A DNA stretch of 64,000 nucleotides from a virus (lineage: Duplodnaviria; Caudoviricetes): the IMG/VR virus record IMGVR_UViG_3300013121_000019, positions 68,375 through 132,374 of that record, one strand, 5' to 3'. The position numbers and the translations under genes are program-made. Positions 55,002 to 64,000 of the stretch are shown one piece after another. Position 1 is the stretch's first letter. Every line of letters starts with the position of its first letter. The notes under the pieces are model-generated. The model worked only from the letters and a program-made list of their open reading frames with translations, had not been told where the DNA came from and did no database searches.

Positions 55002-58000
55002 TCAGTAGTGGTGCGTCGGAACGTCCTTGAGGTGGCTGTACTGCGGCTTCTTGGAGTCGGTCGACGTGAGGCCAAACTCTACCGCGTAGGCGGAGCCCGG
55101 CACAGGGTGTGTGCCGTGGATGCTCGAAGAGCCGTGAGTTGCGGCCGCGTCGAGGATGGTCGCCGAGATGTGGTTGTGCTGCAGCTTCGCCATCCAGTCT
55201 TCTTGCACCGACAGCGGGAGCATGCTGACGCCCTGAAGCGTCGGCTCGTGCTGGATGGGGCGCTTGCCCTTCAGCTGTGTGGCGTTGATGTGGTTGACGA
55301 CGCTGGTCGGGTGGAACTCCCCACGTAGGATCGTCGGGTGGTCACCCGGGTTGGTGACCTTCGTGAGGTTGCCCATCGCCTTCACGACGATCTCCGATTG
55401 CAGACGGCGCACCCCCTCGTCCTTGAACAGCTGATGGAGCTCGTTCGCCAGGTGCCCCTGGACGACGTCCATGCGGCCCGTTGCCTCCAGCAGCGCGTGC
55501 GGGTTCATGACGGTGCGACTAGGGTCACCCAGCGGCTGCCCCGCCGTGACTTTCATGCCGACCTTCGGCGGTTCCCACCCTTCAACTGGGGCACCGGGCA
55601 GCGGGTGGTGCAGCAGGTTACCTGCGTGGTCACGCCCAACGTGGTGTGGCTTCCCGTCGACGTGGATGGTGGCGCCTGTGCGGTCAACAGAGATGTTGTC
55701 GATCGTGCCACTACGCATGGCCAGTGGTGTTGCGTCCGGCAACGTCTTCGGCAGGTTGGTGAGCTGCTCGAGCTTCGTCAGACCGCCGACCAGCGTGCCG
55801 CCTCCACCAGCTGCACCACCCGTGTGGAACACGCGCATCGACAGCTGCACCGCTCGCTCCCCTAGCGTCTGCGCGGCCACCACACCGGCGTTGGTACCGA
55901 TCGGGGTCAGGCCACCGGAGGTGGTCAGGCCAAGGCACTTCTGGCAGAAGCCATGTGAGTGCTCGCACTTCAACGGACTGCGCACGACCAACGTGGCGTC
56001 CTTCTTGGCTGCGCGAATGCGGTCTACCAGCGATGGAGTCAGAACCGTTCCGGCAGGGATCTCCAGACCGTTCGCCTTGAAGGGCTGTGCCAGGAAGCGG
56101 TCATGAACGTCCGTCGTGTTGCGCCCGTGCTTGTCCACGACCGGCAGCGCGATGCCCTTGTCGGTGCCGCAGTCGGGCTCCGCCACGACCATGTGCATCG
56201 ACGAGTTCATCATGAGTTTCGTCAGGTAGCCGGGACGCTGCACCTCCTGCACCTTCATCACCGTTCCACGGCGCGCTCCGTACATCTGCGTCCAGTACCC
56301 GCCAAGATCTAGGCCCTCCGAGTAGTTCTTTGTGACCGGGATCGGGATGTCGCGACCCAGCGAATCCTGGAACGTCATCGGCGCCAAGACCAGCTGCTTG
56401 TACTGTGTCCACCCGGGCTTGTCGCCGGAGGTGGCCATCAGCGTGAGGTTCGACGGGTTCGAGTCCATGTGGCTCTTGTGCAGCTTCTTCATCTCAGCGT
56501 CGGCTGCCTTCCAGACCTCCACGGCGCGTCGCTCTTTTTCTGGCTCGCGCAGCGACGACTTGTTGATGGCATCGACCTTAGCCTGCGCCGCCATGACGAC
56601 GGTCGCGCGGGTCTTGTTGTCGGGAGTGAAGTCAGAAAGGCTCAGCGTGTGCGCCCCAATAGGCACGTCTTTTCCGATGAGTGTCTGCGGAATCACCCCG
56701 AATGCCGCGCCGTTCCCCAGATCCTTCAGCTTGTTTGCCACCGTGCCGAAGTCAGGCGCGTGATCTCGCGCCAACGTCGTCATGACGTGCGACAACTTGT
56801 CGGACGTCAGTACGTTGTCCATCGAGCCAAGCAGGTACGGGCGCATCGCGGTCGGAAGCGTGTTGGCCACCAGGACTCTGCCGGGCGTCGTTTCCGTTCC
56901 ACCAACCTTCACGACGTCGGAGTACTTCAGTTGCCCGTTCTTGAACGCCTCCGTCACAGCGTCGTGGGAAGAGAACGTATGGGAGGTCTTCTGCCCAGGG
57001 ATCGTCAGCCGGTAGACGCCCAGCAACGACTCCTTGGTCGGTTGGTACATGACTTTGCCCGTCGCCTCATTGAAGAGGTTTGCCGACGGCATCATCTTCT
57101 TGGCCTCCTGCACCGCATCGTGCGCGATCGGCACGTAGAGGCTCACCATGTCTCCGTCAAAGTCTGCGTTGTAGGACCCGCAGATCAACGGATGCACCTG
57201 GATCGCGGTGCCGTTCACGATGCGCGGCTTGAACCCCTGGACGTTGTACTTGTGCAGCGCTGGGTCGCGCTTCATCAGCACGGGGCGCTCTGCGATCACT
57301 TCGTTCAACGCGTGATTCACGAGCTCGCCGTTCTTGGCCAAGTGCTCCTGCGCCACGATCGGCGCCATGCCGGTGTTGACCAGCTTGTTGACGATGAACG
57401 GCCTGAAGAGCTTGACCGCGACGTCACGCGGGATACCCACTTCATCGAGACCTAGTGCCGGCTCAGGAACGATGACGGAGCGTGCCGTCAGGTCCTGTCG
57501 ACGGCTCATCAGGGTCTTCTGGAAGAAGCCCTTCTTCGGTTGGATGCCCTGGATCGTGTGCAACAGTCCCTTCTGATCTGCGCGATCGTACGGAATGCCA
57601 ACCCCCATCAGGGCCTTGACGCCGTCGTACAACGACTTCCGAAGATCGACACGAAACTGCGGCGGTGCCTTCAGCTTCAGGCCGGGTTTCGCTAGCTGCT
57701 CGTTCAGCATCGCGAACTGCACGTAGAGCCCGTTGATGTCGTCGTAGCGGATGTCGCCAGACGGCAACACCGTGACAGGGCGCATGGCGGGCGGTAGTAC
57801 CGGTAGATGGTGCAGCACGTACGCGTCTGCTGCTCCGATCTTCAGCTGGTCTAGCGCGCGCAGGTACTTTGCTCGCTTCAGGAAGTCGTTGATCTTGGCA
57901 GACTTGTTGGACGAGGCAGACAGAAGGGCCAACGTCTTCTTGAGCTCAGCCTGAACATCGATCTTCTTCAGGGCCGCCTCGATGGCCGTGCCGCCGGTCA

Positions 58001-61000
58001 GGCCCTGGTGTGGCTCGACCACGTGCCCGGCTGCCGACAGCCCCTTGGTGCCGGCCACGATAGCGTCGAACTCGTTGCCCTTGAGGTGCAGCAACGAGCA
58101 GATCGGCTCCTCGAACGTCGGGTTAGGTAGCGGCTCCGCCAGCGCGATGTGGCTCCATTTGGTTCCACCGAACCCGCCGGTCAGCTTCTCATCGAACAGA
58201 CCGCCCTTGAGCTCCTTGACGTCCTTCGCACGTACCACCTTGATCGGGTCGGGAATGGCGCCGGCCGACAAGCGCAGGATCTGTTGATCCGTAAGAGGGG
58301 ACAGAACGAAGTTGTGCCCCTTCTTCTCCATGTTGATGCCGGCACCGCGCAAGTACGACTCGAACTTCTTGAAGGCGAACGTCGGCTGCGGTGTCGGTAG
58401 CGGCGTACCTCGCTGGATGGCGCCCCATACCTCGGCGTGCTGGGACACGTGCCCGCCCTTGACGTTCACGTCCTCCGTTGGCGTACCCTCGGACTTCCAC
58501 GTGTTCATCTCGCGGATGTTGGCCTTGGCGCCATGTGCGAGGAGCGCGTAGTAGCCGAGGCTGCCGATCGACTGCCCGCCCTGGTGCCCGCCACCAACAG
58601 GCTGCATGTTCGAATCGTAGTGTTCCTTGGCTGGCTGACCCGGCAGCCCCATTCCGGACCGCACCGATACCTTCTTCTCGACCTGATGCACGAGCTTGTG
58701 GAGGTACTGGTGCCCAACAAGTACCTCCCCAAGAGGCAGCTTCGTCAGCGGATCGATCAGCTTCTCCGTGTCCTTGATGCCGTGTGCGGCCAGATCCGAC
58801 TTGATCTTGTCGAGGTAGTTCACCCCAGGATCGAAGTTGCGAACCGCGTACGGCTTGCCCATCTTCAAGGCGATCTTCGAGGCGGCGGTCTCGAACAGCT
58901 GCGCAGGGTTCATACGTCCCGGCACGCCAAACGGGTTCAGCAACACGTCGACAGGCTTACCGTGCTCGTCGTGTGGCATCTCGTGGTCTGGAATGATGCG
59001 CGTGACGACGCCCTTGTTGGCGGAGCGACCAGCGATCTTGTCGCCGACCTGCATGGACTCCGCAGTGCGCACGTGCACGACGATGTCCTTGCCCTTACGG
59101 TGCGTAGCGATCACCTCGCCGGGATGCTCGGAGTCCCACGCTACGGAGGCGTTGGAGTGATGGGCGGCGAGGCTCTTGTGGATATGCGCCAGCGATGTCT
59201 TGTCTTGCACAGCCAGAGGGCGCAGTGCCACAACCAGAGGGTCTCCAGGCTTCACGATTGTCCCAACGTGGACAACACCGTCGTCACCGATCGTGCTGAG
59301 CTGCTCCTTCGTGTAGACGCCGGGGTGATGAATGTTGAACTTTCGCTTGTCCAAGATCACCGTGTCGTCTGTGCGAAGGCTGGGCTTGTACAGGTGGTTC
59401 GACGTGAACTTCTTTGCAGCCGACTCGCTGATGACAACACCGTCCTCGAAGTTCAGTCCCTTGTAGGGGATGTACGCGACGCGCATGTTGGTGCCGAGCG
59501 CCATGACGCCGTTCTTGGAGAAGTTGGTGTCGGCGATGGTCTGCTTGCTCTTGACGGTGTCTCCAGCCTTTACCAGCGGGATAGACGTGATCATCGCCCG
59601 GGGGTCATTCAGCGGGTAGTGGTCGTACAGTGGCACGTCATGCGCCGTGCCGTCCTTGTCCTTGATGATGATGCTGTCCCGGCGTACCTGGTGAACCGTA
59701 CCGTCGACAGGAGACTGGTGCGACGCTACGTTCCCAAGTACTTCCTCGAACGTGGTGTTGCCGACGCCGGTCTTCACCTGCACAAGCGGCGGCTCGCGGT
59801 GGACCAGCGAGATGGCCTGCTCCATGTGCCTGCCGGCCATCGACGCGCGAGGGCCAGACACCGAAGGCAGCATCGGGATCAAGTTCGACCCGATGTCCCA
59901 CAGCTGTGTGGCCTGCGGAAGCACGTAGTCGGCCTCGCTGATCGGCTTCTTCGAGATATGGTTGCCGACACCCATCGTGCTGACCGACGGGTACAGCGCC
60001 TTCGGTGTCCCGTCGGGTTTCCAAGAGACCTGATCAGGAAGAACCACGTTCGACTGCAAGAACGTTGCCGGGTTGATCCACTCGAGCTTCTTGGTCTTGG
60101 TGTTGTACGCTCGAAGCTGAGCCTCGGATCCGTTCTTGCGCACGCCGAGCGGTAGCCGCAGCGTGATGCCGGTCTTCTCGCCCTCCGGCGTGTGCAGCGG
60201 GTCGATGAATCCGAAGTGGCTCTGGTTGATGAGCTTGGAGCTCTCCATCACCTTGTGCGCCGACTGGATGCCACCGGGCCCCATGACGGTCGTCTGCATG
60301 GAGCTGGCTACCATCTCAAGCGGGTTGATCTGGTCAGGCACCCGGGCGAGAGACGAGCGGAACATCGCGCGTACGGGCTCGTTGAAGAACTCCGTCTTGA
60401 ACGCCTCACGCACGTTGGTGGCGCTATCGATGGTTCGCTGCACCTTAGTGCGGATGCGCGGAATTGCCTGACGAATGTGATCTGCAGCGAACTCACCAGC
60501 CGACCGCAGCGACTTGAAGATCAGGCTGTCGCGGTCATCTTCCGGTTGCCCGTCATGTACGGACAGCAGCCGCTTGGTGGCGGCCGTCATCGCTTCGCCA
60601 GAAGCAAACTCAAACGGGCGCCCGAGCGTCAGCTTGGTCATATCTGGACGAAGCTTCGAGTTGAACAGCAGCGTCCGTAGGTGCTCGACCGCGGCCTCGT
60701 GCGACGGCGGTGCCTCTCCGACTTCCGACTTGTAGAACTTCATCAGCACGCCGGCGGCCCCGCGTACATCCTTGTTGGCTTCCAGGATGTCCTTGCCCCA
60801 CGCGCGCTCGAGTTCCGGATCCGTCATCCCCGCGGCGTGCAGGATCGGGTAAAGCGGCAGATTGCTCTTACCCCAGTTGAACACGAACTGCTTCTTGTCC
60901 GGGTGAAACACGATGTCGAAAGAGCCACGACCAGCCAGGTTGAATCGGCTTTCGAGCTCACCGTTCTGACGTCGACGCGTGTACACGCCCGGGTTCAGCT

Positions 61001-61346
61001 GCCACTGGTTCTCCAGCTGGTACTCCTGCCCACCAACGATGTAGCTGTACCTTCCGCGCGTCATCTTCGGAAGATCCACAAGCTTGACCTTGCGACGGTC
61101 CAACACCTTTCCGGTGGCGTTGTCTCGCAGCGTCACACGGCCGAAGACAGGAACTCCCCAGGTATCCCCGGAGATCTTGGCCTGGTGCTGCGCTTTGATG
61201 TCGTCGGCCTTCGGAACGTGGCCGAACTCCACATCCTCGAGGTGCAGCGACTGCTTGGCACCAGTCAGAGGGAAGTGCTTCTTGATCTCGTCAACGGTCT
61301 GATCGCGCAGAACGTTGAAGCCTTCTTCGGGATTGACGTATGTCAT
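55002..61346 (-). CDS. rpoBC: DNA-directed RNA polymerase, fused beta-beta' single polypeptide
   Basis: Beta motifs GFIDPLHTPEG, GLNFEDG, GDKIAGRSANKGV, LNPFGVPGRMN, GGQSIG; beta' motifs RSVIVP, KRDPALH, YNADFDGD, GARRG, GYLTK, DCGT, VRSPLKC, AAQTLGERAVQLSMRVFHTGG. Confidence 0.95.
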   Translation of the reverse strand: MTYVNPEEGFNVLRDQTVDEIKKHFPLTGAKQSLHLEDVEFGHVPKADDIKAQHQAKISGDTWGVPVFGRVTLRDNATGKVLDRRKVKLVDLPKMTRGRYSYIVGGQEYQLENQWQLNPGVYTRRRQNGELESRFNLAGRGSFDIVFHPDKKQFVFNWGKSNLPLYPILHAAGMTDPELERAWGKDILEANKDVRGAAGVLMKFYKSEVGEAPPSHEAAVEHLRTLLFNSKLRPDMTKLTLGRPFEFASGEAMTAATKRLLSVHDGQPEDDRDSLIFKSLRSAGEFAADHIRQAIPRIRTKVQRTIDSATNVREAFKTEFFNEPVRAMFRSSLARVPDQINPLEMVASSMQTTVMGPGGIQSAHKVMESSKLINQSHFGFIDPLHTPEGEKTGITLRLPLGVRKNGSEAQLRAYNTKTKKLEWINPATFLQSNVVLPDQVSWKPDGTPKALYPSVSTMGVGNHISKKPISEADYVLPQATQLWDIGSNLIPMLPSVSGPRASMAGRHMEQAISLVHREPPLVQVKTGVGNTTFEEVLGNVASHQSPVDGTVHQVRRDSIIIKDKDGTAHDVPLYDHYPLNDPRAMITSIPLVKAGDTVKSKQTIADTNFSKNGVMALGTNMRVAYIPYKGLNFEDGVVISESAAKKFTSNHLYKPSLRTDDTVILDKRKFNIHHPGVYTKEQLSTIGDDGVVHVGTIVKPGDPLVVALRPLAVQDKTSLAHIHKSLAAHHSNASVAWDSEHPGEVIATHRKGKDIVVHVRTAESMQVGDKIAGRSANKGVVTRIIPDHEMPHDEHGKPVDVLLNPFGVPGRMNPAQLFETAASKIALKMGKPYAVRNFDPGVNYLDKIKSDLAAHGIKDTEKLIDPLTKLPLGEVLVGHQYLHKLVHQVEKKVSVRSGMGLPGQPAKEHYDSNMQPVGGGHQGGQSIGSLGYYALLAHGAKANIREMNTWKSEGTPTEDVNVKGGHVSQHAEVWGAIQRGTPLPTPQPTFAFKKFESYLRGAGINMEKKGHNFVLSPLTDQQILRLSAGAIPDPIKVVRAKDVKELKGGLFDEKLTGGFGGTKWSHIALAEPLPNPTFEEPICSLLHLKGNEFDAIVAGTKGLSAAGHVVEPHQGLTGGTAIEAALKKIDVQAELKKTLALLSASSNKSAKINDFLKRAKYLRALDQLKIGAADAYVLHHLPVLPPAMRPVTVLPSGDIRYDDINGLYVQFAMLNEQLAKPGLKLKAPPQFRVDLRKSLYDGVKALMGVGIPYDRADQKGLLHTIQGIQPKKGFFQKTLMSRRQDLTARSVIVPEPALGLDEVGIPRDVAVKLFRPFIVNKLVNTGMAPIVAQEHLAKNGELVNHALNEVIAERPVLMKRDPALHKYNVQGFKPRIVNGTAIQVHPLICGSYNADFDGDMVSLYVPIAHDAVQEAKKMMPSANLFNEATGKVMYQPTKESLLGVYRLTIPGQKTSHTFSSHDAVTEAFKNGQLKYSDVVKVGGTETTPGRVLVANTLPTAMRPYLLGSMDNVLTSDKLSHVMTTLARDHAPDFGTVANKLKDLGNGAAFGVIPQTLIGKDVPIGAHTLSLSDFTPDNKTRATVVMAAQAKVDAINKSSLREPEKERRAVEVWKAADAEMKKLHKSHMDSNPSNLTLMATSGDKPGWTQYKQLVLAPMTFQDSLGRDIPIPVTKNYSEGLDLGGYWTQMYGARRGTVMKVQEVQRPGYLTKLMMNSSMHMVVAEPDCGTDKGIALPVVDKHGRNTTDVHDRFLAQPFKANGLEIPAGTVLTPSLVDRIRAAKKDATLVVRSPLKCEHSHGFCQKCLGLTTSGGLTPIGTNAGVVAAQTLGERAVQLSMRVFHTGGAAGGGGTLVGGLTKLEQLTNLPKTLPDATPLAMRSGTIDNISVDRTGATIHVDGKPHHVGRDHAGNLLHHPLPGAPVEGWEPPKVGMKVTAGQPLGDPSRTVMNPHALLEATGRMDVVQGHLANELHQLFKDEGVRRLQSEIVVKAMGNLTKVTNPGDHPTILRGEFHPTSVVNHINATQLKGKRPIQHEPTLQGVSMLPLSVQEDWMAKLQHNHISATILDAAATHGSSSIHGTHPVPGSAYAVEFGLTSTDSKKPQYSHLKDVPTHHY

Positions 61347-61444
61347 GTTCTCCGGTCCTTGAGGCGGGCCGCCTCTCCGGCGCGCGATGCGCGCAATGAG
61401 CGTAAACCGTCGGCATACGGTGACGCAAGGATCGCGCTAGCGGC

Positions 61445-61462
61445 GGCATAACAGCATTGAGA
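61445..61462 (+). promoter_or_regulatory. phage promoter motif variant GGCATAAC-N6-GAGA
   Basis: Heads the rightward operon, divergent from RNAP. Confidence 0.6.
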
Positions 61463-61497
61463 GCAACCGATCAACACGGTTGCGGGAGAACGAGTGC

Positions 61498-61662
61498 ATG
61501 TCGATGACTGAGCCTGGGGAAAGTGTATTCGAGAGTCTTCTCTCTGGGCTGGTCGAGGGTATCCCTGATCCAGTGGACGCAGTGCCGTTCGACGAGCTCG
61601 ACGACGGCGCTGGCTGGGCGGACGACTCCGCCAGCTACGACAGCAGTACCGACAGCGAGTAG
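61498..61662 (+). CDS. small very acidic protein
   Basis: GGAG RBS; Asp/Glu/Ser-rich, no Lys or Arg. Confidence 0.5.
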   Translation: MSMTEPGESVFESLLSGLVEGIPDPVDAVPFDELDDGAGWADDSASYDSSTDSE

Positions 61663-61744
61663 CCGCCGATGTGGTGGCTGTTTCTATTGGCCCTCGCTGA
61701 GGGCTTCCTCTACGGATGCCGCGATACGGTAGTGAGGCGACAGC

Positions 61745-62341
61745 GTGATCATCAATCCTTACCGCGAGCCCCTCCAGACGTACCCAGACAGTAACCTGCT
61801 GGTAGACGACTTCGGGCTGACCAACGTTGAGATAGACGATACCGTCGACACCTCACGAGTGTGGACAGTCCAAGGTGTCTACCGGCCCCATCCGGGCCGT
61901 GTGCTGGGCGGACTACGCATTCGGCTCACGGACCCGGATGGGTTCGTTTCATTCGTCAATCAACGGGACCTCGAGGTGCTGCTTGGCCTCGCTGAACCCG
62001 GCACGCTCTGCAGGTGGTCTGGTCGCGAGTACCCAAGGCCAGGCACGCCCAACTGGTACGGTGTCTGCTGCGACGAGTACGACCTACAGGACGACCTGTA
62101 CATGCGCGAGTTGGAGCTCAGATTCGACTTCAAGGATCAGCGTTTCTGCTTGCCGCAAGGTGTGGAGTGCTCTCGGCGAGTGCATCTGGAGCACGGCAAA
62201 GATGTGTTCGAGCGCTTTTGGCTGCTGGGCGACGTTGGACCGGACGGAGTATCGCCGGACATGCACCGTAGCCGCGTTTCTCTTCGGTGGGTTCGCCTAG
62301 AGCGCACAACACTGGAAAAGGTTGGTGGCCAATGGCTGTAG
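61745..62341 (+). CDS. hypothetical protein
   Basis: GTG start after GAGG. Confidence 0.7.
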   Translation: MIINPYREPLQTYPDSNLLVDDFGLTNVEIDDTVDTSRVWTVQGVYRPHPGRVLGGLRIRLTDPDGFVSFVNQRDLEVLLGLAEPGTLCRWSGREYPRPGTPNWYGVCCDEYDLQDDLYMRELELRFDFKDQRFCLPQGVECSRRVHLEHGKDVFERFWLLGDVGPDGVSPDMHRSRVSLRWVRLERTTLEKVGGQWL

Positions 62342-62979
62342 TGCGGTATCCGGGGTTCGGTAGACGTGCGCCGCCGGAAGTGCGGCTTTCGGGGGAGCAC
62401 TGCTACCAGTGCGGTGAAGAGTTCGTCTACGGTGAGTTCGTTACGCTCGTACAAGGCGTGTGGCTGGAGCACGACGCGGAAAGTAACGAACTGGCCATGC
62501 CGCCGATCATCAGTGAAGTTGGCGAGCCGCTTTATGAGCCGAGGCTATTCCACGAAGGGTGCTTCGATTCCACGCTAGCGCACATGCGCGCAGCGGCCGC
62601 TGATGTCCTGCCGATCCGAACAACGGACTCGTGGAGGGACTGCACCTGCTGCACCAATTCGGTACTGCTGGGGGAGAAGTGCGCTCTGGTCGAGATCGGT
62701 CGACTAGAGGCACGTGGCGGTAATCTGCACGCATTCGAGGGTAAGCGAGACGCTGGCATCATCTGCATGATCTGTGTGAACCGGCTAGCCGACGATTTCG
62801 AAGCCAGCGATGCCGGTACTGAGATCTGGGATGAGATGGCGCAAGACCAAGAATGCAGCAGCTGCACCGACGACATGTGCTGGCGTGACCCTGGCTGTGA
62901 CTGCCCTTGTCATGATGAAGACGAGGAAGACGACAACGAAGAAGAGGATGAGGAGGATACGGATGCCGCTTATCGATGA
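62332..62979 (+). CDS. Cys-rich zinc-finger-like protein with acidic tail
   Basis: CxxC, HxxC, CxxC, CxxC pairs and a C-terminal Cys cluster. Confidence 0.7.
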   Translation: MAVVRYPGFGRRAPPEVRLSGEHCYQCGEEFVYGEFVTLVQGVWLEHDAESNELAMPPIISEVGEPLYEPRLFHEGCFDSTLAHMRAAAADVLPIRTTDSWRDCTCCTNSVLLGEKCALVEIGRLEARGGNLHAFEGKRDAGIICMICVNRLADDFEASDAGTEIWDEMAQDQECSSCTDDMCWRDPGCDCPCHDEDEEDDNEEEDEEDTDAAYR

Positions 62980-63145
62980 GCTCAAACTGAGTAAGACCAA
63001 CAGGCTGATCCTCGAGGAGTGGGTTCGTACGAACGACTGGGGTGTCGTGAAGAAGAACCTGAACGTGACCGACGCGGAGATCAACAGCGCCAAGCGCGTC
63101 GCAGTCGCGAAGGCCGCGCGGGCACAGTCGGAGAGGGCACGATGA
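62963..63145 (+). CDS. small hypothetical protein
   Basis: AGGAGG RBS; ATGA overlap with next gene. Confidence 0.6.
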   Translation: MPLIDELKLSKTNRLILEEWVRTNDWGVVKKNLNVTDAEINSAKRVAVAKAARAQSERAR

Positions 63146-63558
63146 CCACGTACGATGAGTGGATGGCGTCCAAGTGGAGTAAAGTCGTCTGGGTGACGAG
63201 CTGCTCCGTTAGCCTAAACGACCTGCGGAGGCACGTCAGCATGAACAACCTGGTGCTGGACCACTACACGGAGCTACGCGGAGATGTGCCGTCCGGCATC
63301 CAAGCCGAGCTCGCAGACTCGATCGTCGACAGGATGGTCAACGTGATGAGCCACACGGTGGTGGTGACGCTCATGGAGCTCCCGCTGCTGCGGCTACTGC
63401 GACAGGTGCGGGAGGGACACATCGGCGGCCGGCAGGTCGACGTCATCGTGCTGTCCAAGGATCTGACACCGCACACCCTGCGGGTCGACAACACCGGAGA
63501 GTTCGTGGACGTGTGGCCCGAGGGCTTCTTCGAGGAACGCGCCAAGGAGCTGTTCTGA
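63142..63558 (+). CDS. stand-alone DUF3696-like/ABC-ATPase C-terminal fragment
   Basis: IQAELAD..LLRLLRQVREG..LRVDNTGEFVDVWPEGFFEERAKELF. Confidence 0.7.
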   Translation: MTTYDEWMASKWSKVVWVTSCSVSLNDLRRHVSMNNLVLDHYTELRGDVPSGIQAELADSIVDRMVNVMSHTVVVTLMELPLLRLLRQVREGHIGGRQVDVIVLSKDLTPHTLRVDNTGEFVDVWPEGFFEERAKELF

Positions 63559-64000
63559 TGTGGTCCTGGTCGCATACCGCGGAGGCGTACGAGAACCTTC
63601 AGCTGCGGATTGCAGACCAGGATAGGAAGTGGCTCGAGGTGGTTTGGGGCGAATGGAAAGCCTCCACCTCGGGTCATTTTCTACCTACTGCGCCTAGCCA
63701 TGACTTCGATGAGCGTCGATACCTGCGGGCCAACGCGGCTGCCAAGCAGCTGTCGACCGAAGAACTGGTCTCCCGCATCTACGCGCTGGCCGAGCGTCAG
63801 TCTCTGTGCACCAACGGCGGGTGGGAGGCTATGTGCTGCCCGTACCACTGCGGTGTCCACACGTTGGCGTTCTCTGCGCCGCGATACGTGGTCGTGTGGG
63901 ACAACGGACACGCATCCGGTCGACTGCCCGACGTACACCACGCACACGCCGACGCTGTCGACTATGGTGAAAGTTGGTTGATCGACATGATCGCGGCAGA
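63558..64000 (+). CDS. hypothetical protein, runs off window end (not in ORF track)
   Basis: ATG overlaps upstream TGA; open frame MWSWSHTAEAYENL... to end of window. Confidence 0.65.
   Translation, partial: MWSWSHTAEAYENLQLRIADQDRKWLEVVWGEWKASTSGHFLPTAPSHDFDERRYLRANAAAKQLSTEELVSRIYALAERQSLCTNGGWEAMCCPYHCGVHTLAFSAPRYVVVWDNGHASGRLPDVHHAHADAVDYGESWLIDMIAA

Noticed and set aside
55002-61346. Host chromosomal rpoBC locus
   Set aside because: No ribosomal protein or nusG neighbours; flanked by phage structural genes; streamlined and divergent

Overview
This window is 64 kb of a high-GC, large myovirus-type (contractile-tailed, probably jumbo) phage genome. No host housekeeping context, rRNA, tRNA or CRISPR array was seen. 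The left arm (1-13 kb) is a minus-strand, often ATGA-coupled run of early/accessory genes: DUF932, ParB-like, MazG-like, dCMP deaminase, a PG-binding lysozyme-like protein and many unknowns. It also holds a ~420-nt highly base-paired non-coding region with its own promoter motif. 13-17 kb carries a lipoprotein/papain-protease/Cys-His hydrolase operon, a 16-bp inverted repeat, and GIY-YIG and HNH nucleases. 17-61 kb is a minus-strand morphogenesis block: a 2114-aa single-chain beta-beta' RNA polymerase, baseplate spike, intein-containing terminase, clan-SH prohead protease, capsid, neck, sheath, tube and an intein-containing SNF2 ATPase. 61.4-64 kb is another early operon with a stand-alone, catalytically degenerate DUF3696/ABC-ATPase C-terminal fragment. 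The most notable signals are: (i) a K-x-A motif, often with glycine-zipper segments, saturating about 15 head-region proteins including a bacterioferritin-domain protein and the SNF2 ATPase, which suggests protease-processed capsid cargo; (ii) a streamlined fused RNAP with a matching GGYATAAS-N6-GAAG promoter motif; (iii) the candidate large structured ncRNA; (iv) the possible anti-defence ATPase decoy. All product calls come from motif recognition by eye; no database searches were run.
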